64,000 nucleotides of DNA, taken from IMG/VR virus record IMGVR_UViG_3300022753_002012. One strand, 5' to 3'. Under the pieces are notes generated by a model. It had not been told where the DNA came from and searched no databases. It saw only the letters and a program-made list of their open reading frames with translations. A program made the position numbers and the translations under genes. Position 1 is the first letter of the stretch, and every line of letters begins with the position of its first letter. Shown here piece by piece: positions 36,437 through 43,830 of this stretch. The stretch is from an uncultured virus (IMG/VR IMGVR_UViG_3300022753_002012). Its lineage: Duplodnaviria; Heunggongvirae; Uroviricota; Caudoviricetes.

Positions 36437-38743
36437 TTATTCATCATCCTGCATCGAGTTGAAATACTCAATACCAGCAAGCACAAAGAATACACAGGGA
36501 AGAGCCACTCCGTTGCCCCAAAGCTTATACTCTGCAGAGTCGGAATGAGGGTGTTCCAGCCAACGGCGCACCTGCTTTTCGGTTTTTGGTTTGCAAGTGC
36601 CGATGACCCTTGCGTAGGTGTCCCATACCTCTTGCCAAAAACGAACATCCTGGATGGTCGGATACGGCTCATCAAGGTTTGAACACCAATGGTCCGGGAA
36701 GCCTTGGAGTCTTGCACACTCGGTAGGTGTGAGTCTGCGGACGGTATAGCTTGCTTCCATCACGCCATTATGGTGTCCGGGGCAAGTGCCGTTGACTACG
36801 GTGTTGCCACAGTTTTCAAGGAAATACTGACCGACATCACGGGAAGCGGAGGGGTCGAAGCCGTGAGGCTGAACCACCGCGCCCGGACCTTTGGCAACCA
36901 TCGTGGGCTGCGTTTCTTCGGAGAAGGATGGTGCGAACTTAGCGTTCTTGCCCTGGTTAAAGGTGTCTCTGCCAATGCCGTAACATACAGCGTTCGGGTC
37001 TTTGAAGTCACGTGCCATCAACGTAGGTGACTTTTCCTCTTCAATTTGCGTAAAGCTTCCAGTGGTCATAGCGTAAACGTGTACTGCGTGGCGATCCACG
37101 GTGTTCAGCGTATACATAACTTCGGACTCTTTATATCCGTCTCCCTGGTGGGAAGGACGCGCGCCGTTGCCTTCAATGACAAAGGTTCCTCCTTTTACAC
37201 AAACGGCAGGCTCACCGCCGTGGGTGCAGGTCAACGTAGGTGATTTTTCCTCGGTCACGTTACAAGCGGACTTGCCACCACCTTGGTCTACGCATACCAC
37301 GGCAATGCCGCCTTGATTGCAAGAGGGATTACCACCATTGCCATCAAGGGTGCGAGAGGTGTCGGCTTCGTAGATACCGCTGTGAGGATTGGAGGACTTC
37401 ATTGCGTTGGAGTCCTTGGAGCAAATGCCAAAAGGCTGAAGGACGCAGTTGAAGTTGTCCTTGTCTGGCATACGCTGATTACCACCCGCGTTCTGCTTTG
37501 TGAGCGTGGGAGATACTTGCTTGCCGTCCCAAGTGGTGGGAACGAAAACGGTCTGATCGTTGTTGCAAGCTAGGGTCGCGGACTTGTCGGTCTGTATCAA
37601 AGCACCCTTACCACCGCCTTCACAGCCGGAACGAATCTTCATAACGAGAGGGACATTGTTTCCGCCCGTTCCCATACGAGAGGAGAGGGTTTGAACCTTA
37701 TCTTCCTTCTCGATCTTGATGCGACCATCGTTTGGATGGTTTTCAAGAGCAACGGTGGCGGGAACAACACCCGCACGGAGCGTAGGAGAGCGTTCCTCCT
37801 CAAATCCGATGCTTCTGCTGTTGGCAGAGTGTTCGGTGCAAAAGCCTGCGGAATCCATCACACAAGGCGGATGATGTGCCTCGGCGCGGAGAGTGCAAGT
37901 GACCTCCTCGGTAACATCCATACGATTGCCACCCTGGTCGTTAAGCACCACTCCGTTTCTGCCCGTAGACATACCACAGTTGACACCGAGCGTTGCCGCC
38001 TTATCTCCCGTTAGGTCTGCGTTGTACCCATCGATGCCTGACGCTCCAGGGCAACCTTCAAGATCGTTGGTAGCTCTTTGCCACGCACGGAAGCCCTCCG
38101 CAGAATACCTTGACACGCCCTCGGACTTAAATAATATGTCTCCGGCACGCCCACCTGCAAAATCTGCGACAAGAAAGATGCGGCGTCTTCGTTGGGGGAC
38201 TCCCCAGTATTGAGCGTCGAGAGTTCTGTATGCCACGCTCCATCCGTCTCCCAGGTAGAGGTCTGCGTAAGGCCATCCGCCTTCAGGCGCAGGCACCTCG
38301 GTCCCTTCCTCTGCGATGCCGATGACCGCTTCGAGGACGGCTTTGAAGTCTTTCCCGTTGTTAGAGGAGAAGGCTCCGGGGACATTCTCCCAAACGATGT
38401 ATCTTGGATATTTTCCATTCGTTGCGTTCCTCATTTCTTTAATGATACGGACGGCTTCATAAAAAAGAGATGACCTTGAACCATCAAGACCATCTCGTTT
38501 GCCCGCCACCGACATATCCTGGCAAGGCGAGCCGAAAGTGATTATATCCACGGGTTCTATCTTACCGCCGTCCATAGCAGAGATATCTCCGTAGTGTTTC
38601 ATATAGGGAAAGCGTTTCGTGGTAACTCTTACGGCAAAAGGCTCCACCTCGGATGCCCAAACGGGTGTGATACCCGCCAGGATACCTCCAAGAGGAAAAC
38701 CCCCGGAGCCATCGAATAAGCTCCCAAGTTTAAGATTCGACAT
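36437..38743 (-). CDS. DNA (cytosine-5) methyltransferase with very long repetitive variable region
   Basis: LFDGSGG, GSPCQD, ENVPG, PQRRRRIF, RRLTPTECARLQGFPD, WGNGV. Confidence 0.92.
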   Translation of the reverse strand: MSNLKLGSLFDGSGGFPLGGILAGITPVWASEVEPFAVRVTTKRFPYMKHYGDISAMDGGKIEPVDIITFGSPCQDMSVAGKRDGLDGSRSSLFYEAVRIIKEMRNATNGKYPRYIVWENVPGAFSSNNGKDFKAVLEAVIGIAEEGTEVPAPEGGWPYADLYLGDGWSVAYRTLDAQYWGVPQRRRRIFLVADFAGGRAGDILFKSEGVSRYSAEGFRAWQRATNDLEGCPGASGIDGYNADLTGDKAATLGVNCGMSTGRNGVVLNDQGGNRMDVTEEVTCTLRAEAHHPPCVMDSAGFCTEHSANSRSIGFEEERSPTLRAGVVPATVALENHPNDGRIKIEKEDKVQTLSSRMGTGGNNVPLVMKIRSGCEGGGKGALIQTDKSATLACNNDQTVFVPTTWDGKQVSPTLTKQNAGGNQRMPDKDNFNCVLQPFGICSKDSNAMKSSNPHSGIYEADTSRTLDGNGGNPSCNQGGIAVVCVDQGGGKSACNVTEEKSPTLTCTHGGEPAVCVKGGTFVIEGNGARPSHQGDGYKESEVMYTLNTVDRHAVHVYAMTTGSFTQIEEEKSPTLMARDFKDPNAVCYGIGRDTFNQGKNAKFAPSFSEETQPTMVAKGPGAVVQPHGFDPSASRDVGQYFLENCGNTVVNGTCPGHHNGVMEASYTVRRLTPTECARLQGFPDHWCSNLDEPYPTIQDVRFWQEVWDTYARVIGTCKPKTEKQVRRWLEHPHSDSAEYKLWGNGVALPCVFFVLAGIEYFNSMQDDE
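38011..38418 (-). CDS. Nested alternative-frame ORF, putative methyltransferase beta-type subunit
   Basis: Same strand, different frame, GAGGA RBS; LSQILQVGVPETYYLSPRACQGILRRA resembles the MTase variable-region entry motif. Confidence 0.6.
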   Translation of the reverse strand: MENIQDTSFGRMSPEPSPLTTGKTSKPSSKRSSASQRKGPRCLRLKADGLTQTSTWETDGAWHTELSTLNTGESPNEDAASFLSQILQVGVPETYYLSPRACQGILRRASVRGKELPTILKVALERQASMGTTQT

Positions 38744-39998
38744 TTCGTTCCTCCACTTCTTTTACAAGATCGGAATAAGGAATACGCTCGCCACCGCGAA
38801 TGACATACACATTATCGCTGTCCCCGGTATCCTCAACGTAACGGCGAAGAATGACCGAAGCATACTTTTCATCCAGCTCCATCGTATAGCAGATACGGTT
38901 TGTTTTCTCGCAAGCCATAAGCGTAGAGCCGGAACCGCCGAAGGTATCTACCACAATAGCGTTTTCCTGCGAGGAGTTGGTGAGCGGATAAGACAAAAGG
39001 TCAAGCGGTTTGCTTGTAGGGTGGTTGGCGTTACGCTTGGGTTTGTCGAAGTTCCAAATGGTGGTCTGCTTGCGGTCGGAATACCATCTGTGCTTTCCGT
39101 TTTTAAGGAAGCCATAAAGCACGGGTTCGTGCTGCCATTGATAATCCGAGCGACCGAGAACGAGGCTGTTCTTCGCCCAAATGCAAACACCGGCAAGATG
39201 GAAGCCCGCGTCAATGAATGCCTGACGGAAGGTTAAGCCTTCGGTGTCAGCGTGGAAAACATAAGCGGAACCGCCAGCCTCAAGGTGGGATACCATATTA
39301 TCAAAGGATGCGCGAAGGAAGTTGTAAAACTCTTCATCCTTCATACTGTCGTTCTGAATGGTAAGCCCGCTTTTGCTTTTGAAGGAAACACCATAGGGCG
39401 GGTCTGTTACGATAAGGTTGGCGCGTTTGCCATTCATAAGCGTAGCAACGTCATCGGCGTTTGTTGCATCACCGCAAACAAGCCTGTGTCTACCGACTAC
39501 CCAAACATCACCTTTTTCAACGAAGGCGGCTTTTTCAAGAGCAGCGGTAAGGTCGTAGTCATCATCTTCGGCTTCGGATTCTTCCTTGCCGAAAAGGTCT
39601 GCGATTTCATCTGCGCCAAAGCCCGTAAGAGCAATATCGAAGGACTCTGCCTGCAACGATTCAATTTCAACGCGGAGAAGTTCTTCGTCCCATCCCGCGT
39701 CAAGTGCCATTCTGTTGTCGGCAATGATATACGCTTTCTTTTGCGCCTCGGTCAGATGGTCAACAAAGACACACGGCACTTCGGTGATACCTTCCTCACG
39801 GGCAGCAAGAACACGACCGTGACCGGCAATGATGCCAAAGTCACGGTCGATGATGACGGGATTTATGAAACCGAACTCTCGGAGGCTTGAACGGAGTTTG
39901 CCGATCTGTTCCGGGGAGTGGGTTCGCGCATTGTTTACATAAGGTACGAGCTTGTCAAGGGAGACAAGCTGCATATCGGTTGTGGTCTTCTTGCTCAT
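38730..39998 (-). CDS. ParB-domain N6A/N4C DNA methyltransferase
   Basis: PYVNNARTH, IAGHGR; TDPPY, HPTSKP, DTFGGSGST. Confidence 0.92.
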   Translation of the reverse strand: MSKKTTTDMQLVSLDKLVPYVNNARTHSPEQIGKLRSSLREFGFINPVIIDRDFGIIAGHGRVLAAREEGITEVPCVFVDHLTEAQKKAYIIADNRMALDAGWDEELLRVEIESLQAESFDIALTGFGADEIADLFGKEESEAEDDDYDLTAALEKAAFVEKGDVWVVGRHRLVCGDATNADDVATLMNGKRANLIVTDPPYGVSFKSKSGLTIQNDSMKDEEFYNFLRASFDNMVSHLEAGGSAYVFHADTEGLTFRQAFIDAGFHLAGVCIWAKNSLVLGRSDYQWQHEPVLYGFLKNGKHRWYSDRKQTTIWNFDKPKRNANHPTSKPLDLLSYPLTNSSQENAIVVDTFGGSGSTLMACEKTNRICYTMELDEKYASVILRRYVEDTGDSDNVYVIRGGERIPYSDLVKEVEERNVES

Positions 39999-41032
39999 AT
40001 AAGCGCCTCCCGATAATGGCAGCCCTCTGCAAGAACTTCATAGTCGCGGTCGAGCAGATTGAGCTTCTCAATGATGCCCAGGGGTGTGAGATCGTAATTC
40101 TCACGGACATAGGTTTCGAGAGGGATGTTCTTGTCATTTTTGATAACTACAGATACAGGCTCCGCAATGCCGATGGCATAACCGAGCTGAACCTCGCACC
40201 ACTTCAGCGCGTAGATGTCTAGCAACTTGCAAGCCAGGTGACGCGCCATATACGAAGCGGAGCGGTCTACCTTCGTCGGGTCTTTGCCGGAGAAGGCACC
40301 GCCGCCCACGGCACAGTAGCCACCGTACTGGTCGCATACAATTTTACGTCCGGTCAAACCGCAATCGGCCGTGGGACCGCCAAGCGTCCAAGTACCGGAG
40401 GGATTGATAATAAGTTCGGGGAGAGGGTTCTCACCGAAGATATCCTTAATAAGTTTTGTGACTTCCGCGCTGACGTCATCCAGCGTTGACATATGCTTGT
40501 GGCAGACCGAAACGAGGATCGTGTGAACCGAGGCAAAGCCAGGCTCAGCATCAAGGTCAACCGTTACCTGGGTTTTGGCATCTCCGATAAAGGGACAGTT
40601 AGGATTGGTGTCGATGTCGTCTTCAATGGCACGGATAATCTTGTTGGCAAGGTCAAAGCCGAAAGGCAGCTTGCTTTCCGTTTCCGCTGTAGCGTATCCA
40701 AACATAATACCCTGGTCGCCCGCACCGATTTTGGTGTCGGAGGATACGGCTTCGTTGATCTCGTGGGACTGCTTGCCGATAAGGTTAATCACCGCGTCAA
40801 CGGTGTAGCCGAGCTTCGCAGCAACCCTACGCACGATGTCGATATAATCGACTTTAGCGTTTGTAGTGATTTCACCGCCGAGAACGACCGTGTTATCCTT
40901 TACCATCGTCTCGATTCCGCAGTGGCTGTTTCTGTCCAGGGAGAGACATTCGGTAAGGATAGCGTCGGAAATCTGGTCGGCGTATTTGTCGGGGTGGTAC
41001 TTGCTGATTTGTTCTGTTGAAAAAAGTCTCAT
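39995..41032 (-). CDS. metK: S-adenosylmethionine synthetase
   Basis: HPDK.ADQISD, GAGDQGIMFGYA, DAKTQVT, GLTGRKI, GGGAFSGKDPTKVDRS. Confidence 0.95.
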   Translation of the reverse strand: MRLFSTEQISKYHPDKYADQISDAILTECLSLDRNSHCGIETMVKDNTVVLGGEITTNAKVDYIDIVRRVAAKLGYTVDAVINLIGKQSHEINEAVSSDTKIGAGDQGIMFGYATAETESKLPFGFDLANKIIRAIEDDIDTNPNCPFIGDAKTQVTVDLDAEPGFASVHTILVSVCHKHMSTLDDVSAEVTKLIKDIFGENPLPELIINPSGTWTLGGPTADCGLTGRKIVCDQYGGYCAVGGGAFSGKDPTKVDRSASYMARHLACKLLDIYALKWCEVQLGYAIGIAEPVSVVIKNDKNIPLETYVRENYDLTPLGIIEKLNLLDRDYEVLAEGCHYREALI

Positions 41033-41035
41033 AGT

Positions 41036-41575
41036 TTAATATCCTTTCCTTGCAGTAAGCAAACGCTCCATCACGTCATCGTGGGGAGTAGCACCGTCAT
41101 ACTCGACAGAGCAATTTTCCTTTACGATCTGGAAAATCGAAAACCAGGATGCGTTTACTTGTTTCATATAGTCGCGGCTCATTGCCACATAGGGACTTGC
41201 GATAGCGTTGACCGTGGTGGGGTGCTTGGCAAGGAAACCGAACTCGGAGATTGCCTCTTCGCATTGTACCCAACGCGAAACGGACATCGCATACTGTTCA
41301 ATCAGCTGCGTGTTAACGAGCTTATCGCATCCGCGCGCCTTGAGCCATTTGTAAGTAGCAATAAAAACCTCCTCGGCGCACAAGTCCTTACCGCTTTTTT
41401 GCTTTGCTTTGAGATAGGCTTTCACGGGAGGAATGTCCTCACCCTCGAACTCTACGGGGGTGGGCAGCACCATTGCGCCGTCCGCTTTGCCATCATTGAT
41501 TTTGTCTATGAGCGCCTTGGGTTTAGGTCCCGTTCCGGGGCGCGCTCCGCCTCGGTTGGTGCCGTCTTTGGCCAT
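41036..41575 (-). CDS. terS: Terminase small subunit (P27-like)
   Basis: RGGARPGTG.KPK, IEQYA, ASPYV, DDVMERLL; follows HNH/cos region. Confidence 0.8.
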   Translation of the reverse strand: MAKDGTNRGGARPGTGPKPKALIDKINDGKADGAMVLPTPVEFEGEDIPPVKAYLKAKQKSGKDLCAEEVFIATYKWLKARGCDKLVNTQLIEQYAMSVSRWVQCEEAISEFGFLAKHPTTVNAIASPYVAMSRDYMKQVNASWFSIFQIVKENCSVEYDGATPHDDVMERLLTARKGY

Positions 41576-41639
41576 ACTTTTGAATCCTCCTTGTTGTAAT
41601 TTAACGATTCGGGGTTAATACCCCGTTTGAATAGGAAAA

Positions 41640-41714
41640 AATGCGCGTGAAAGCCCCAGCCCGCTGGCGTCTTTTTAGGTCCCGGAGATTTTGACCGCCC
41701 CTGGGGGCTTTGGG
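41640..41714. other. Probable cos/packaging region
   Basis: Intergenic between HNH and terS; GC-rich CCCCCAGGGGCGGTCAAAATCT on minus strand. Confidence 0.5.
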
Positions 41715-41747
41715 GGAGGTTGCTCCTAAATTTTAGTAGCAACCTCC
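41715..41747. repeat. Palindrome copy 2 (related to 6809-6839)
   Basis: GGAGGTTGCT-13nt-AGCAACCTCC. Confidence 0.65.
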
Positions 41748-42104
41748 TTACCGTTTCCATCTGTCTCCCGACTCTGCGGTGATGCGTGAGTGGCAGGATT
41801 TACAAAGTGCCATCAAGTTGCTCTCGTCGTGTGTCCCGCCGTGGTTGATGGGCAGGATGTGATGCACTTCTTTTGCGGGCGTCAGACGCTCCGCTTTAAG
41901 GCATTCCTCACAGAGAGGATGCGCCTTGATGTATCTGTTGCGTATTTTTCTCCACTCCGAGCCGTAACGCTCGCTACTGTCATAAGGACGTTCGTATTTG
42001 TTATATCGAGTGTTCATCACCCTGGTGTGTTCCTCGCAGTAACGAGCGTGTGTCAGCTTGGGGCAGCCGGGATAACCGCACGGTTTCTTAGGCTTTGTTG
42101 GCAT
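41748..42104 (-). CDS. HNH endonuclease (packaging-associated)
   Basis: PLCEEC, EVHHI.P..GGT...NLMALCKSCH. Confidence 0.92.
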   Translation of the reverse strand: MPTKPKKPCGYPGCPKLTHARYCEEHTRVMNTRYNKYERPYDSSERYGSEWRKIRNRYIKAHPLCEECLKAERLTPAKEVHHILPINHGGTHDESNLMALCKSCHSRITAESGDRWKR

Positions 42105-42181
42105 TGGCTACCTCCTTGTGGGTATAAGAAATGCCACCCACAGAAAGTCCCGTGGATGGCATCTTGCGTTTATTTTTTCGC

Positions 42182-42243
42182 ATTATAATTCTACCATAAG
42201 TCAAGGTGGTCATGTCTGGCCATTTGCGGTCATTTACGGCGAC
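42182..42243 (-). promoter_or_regulatory. Putative activator-dependent late promoter
   Basis: TATAAT without a -35 at 17 bp; 10-bp phased repeats GGTCAT/GGCCAT/GGTCAT/GGCGAC. Confidence 0.55.
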
Positions 42244-42245
42244 TT

Positions 42246-42599
42246 TTATTTATTCTCATTTTTTATTGCAAAACTTTCGAGCAGTGCTTTTTCAATCCGC
42301 GCCATAGTAACGGTATCCATATGACCGATGCGCTTTTCAAGCCTTGATTTATCTATGGTGCGTATCTGCTCCAGTAGCACCGTAGAGCCGGGATACAGCC
42401 CACAGCTCCTGTCCCTAACTACAACGTGGGTCGGTAGGACGTGTTTTGTGCGACTGCTTGTAATAGCGGCTATGACGGTTGAGCTGTAATAATTGCCGAT
42501 GTCATTTTGAAGAATAACCACGGGTCGGTATCCGCCTTGCTCCGAACCATAGCCCCACCCGAGGTCTGCCATAAAGATGTCTCCTTTTCTAACCCTCAT
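42246..42599 (-). CDS. mazF: PemK/MazF-family endoribonuclease, no adjacent antitoxin
   Basis: KGDIFMADL..GSEQGGYRPVVILQND, LPTHV, LLEQIRTIDKSRL. Confidence 0.88.
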   Translation of the reverse strand: MRVRKGDIFMADLGWGYGSEQGGYRPVVILQNDIGNYYSSTVIAAITSSRTKHVLPTHVVVRDRSCGLYPGSTVLLEQIRTIDKSRLEKRIGHMDTVTMARIEKALLESFAIKNENK

Positions 42600-42606
42600 A
42601 AGCACC

Positions 42607-43032
42607 TCAAATAGTAATGGGATTTTCAGGCACCTTTACGTGCTGAAGTGCATTGCCGTGCCAGCGCCTTATTGTGCGTTCTGCCGCGTTCAGCTTTAAG
42701 GCAATTTGATCCCAAGTATAATTGTGAATGTAGCGGTAGCGGAGAACGGTCTGCTCGTCTTTATCGGTAACCTCTTCAATGACGCCCCTTATCTGTTCCT
42801 TCAGGTCTACGAGCTTGTCAATCTCAGCATTGATTTTTTGCTCCATATCCATAATCTTAATAAGACAACGCACGAAGGGAGGATCTGTCGGTCTAGTACC
42901 GCCGGGCTTTTCTTCCCAAGACGGGGAAGAGATGCTTGTTGACATCTGGCGTAACCTTGCGACCTCTTCCAAATCCGATGCAATACGCTGATCGAGCCTA
43001 TATGCCTGGCTCAAATATTCCTTTGCTCTCAT
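42607..43032 (-). CDS. RinA/ArpU-like (DUF1492) late transcriptional activator
   Basis: AKEYLSQAY, VLRYRYI..TWDQIA..L..AERTIRRWH..AL. Confidence 0.8.
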   Translation of the reverse strand: MRAKEYLSQAYRLDQRIASDLEEVARLRQMSTSISSPSWEEKPGGTRPTDPPFVRCLIKIMDMEQKINAEIDKLVDLKEQIRGVIEEVTDKDEQTVLRYRYIHNYTWDQIALKLNAAERTIRRWHGNALQHVKVPENPITI

Positions 43033-43262
43033 ACGCGGCATTCCTTTCTGATACGCTCCATAATGAATTCACCATCAATGGTAGTCAGCACTCCAAACCA
43101 GTCGGAGCGAAAAAACGCCTCTAGCTCTTTTAGCTCCTGTTCGGTCTGCTTGCTTTTATTTCGATAAAGGCTGCGTTTATATACTTTTTTGTAATCCTTT
43201 GCAGCAGAAAGAATGATTGCATTTGCTAGATTTTCATAGCAAGTATCTATTGGCATTTTCAC
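43029..43262 (-). CDS. Conserved hypothetical phage protein
   Basis: YENLANAII.AAKDY, LEAFFRSDWF. Confidence 0.75.
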   Translation of the reverse strand: MKMPIDTCYENLANAIILSAAKDYKKVYKRSLYRNKSKQTEQELKELEAFFRSDWFGVLTTIDGEFIMERIRKECRV

Positions 43263-43651
43263 ACCTCCTCAATTTCGATATATATCCCGCAAGGCTCGTC
43301 AGACCATCGTTTTTCGGCAGTCTCTCTTACGACTTGCGCGTCATCCTTCCAAAAGCCACAAGCTGTCATACAGTCCTTGAGGAGCTTTTGCAGATTGTCG
43401 GTATCCGGCTTCGTTGTACGCCACTCTCCGTGCTTATGAGACTTTCCTTTCGGGAAAAGCCAAAGCACTCGCAGGGAAATAGCCCCCGTCAAAGGTGCGA
43501 TCGGTTTATGTAGGCTCAAATGTCCGCATAAAAGGTTTCTTGCGTCCTTGACCTGCTCGGGATCATAAAATATAGGCTTACCTTGCACAACTTTTACTTT
43601 TCGTTCCTGCGCCGTAACTGTCGGCGGGTTCATAGCTAAAAAGAAATTCAA
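43259..43651 (-). CDS. rusA: RusA-family Holliday junction resolvase
   Basis: KPDTDNLQKLLKD, WKDDAQVV. Confidence 0.88.
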   Translation of the reverse strand: MNFFLAMNPPTVTAQERKVKVVQGKPIFYDPEQVKDARNLLCGHLSLHKPIAPLTGAISLRVLWLFPKGKSHKHGEWRTTKPDTDNLQKLLKDCMTACGFWKDDAQVVRETAEKRWSDEPCGIYIEIEEV

Positions 43652-43704
43652 TTTTTACCTCCAAATTTCGTCATAAGTGGAATTCCTAAAAGTCAACGTT
43701 TCGA

Positions 43705-43830
43705 TGTGGGGAAAGGCTTGGCTTTCAGCCTTTCCCACACACGTGAACGTCAGTGAACGGAATTTATATTTATATAAATGGTTTTCCGTTTACGGAAGAA
43801 AACTGCGATTTTTCAGTTTTCCGTTTTTTT
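43705..43830. other. Candidate phage replication origin
   Basis: Inverted repeat GGGAAAGGCT/AGCCTTTCCC, AT-rich ATTTATATTTATATAAAT, repeated TTTTCCGTTT and GTGAACG at end of primase-helicase. Confidence 0.35.

Noticed and set aside
42182..42204. TTGACT as -35 of the late promoter
   Set aside because: Only 11 bp from TATAAT
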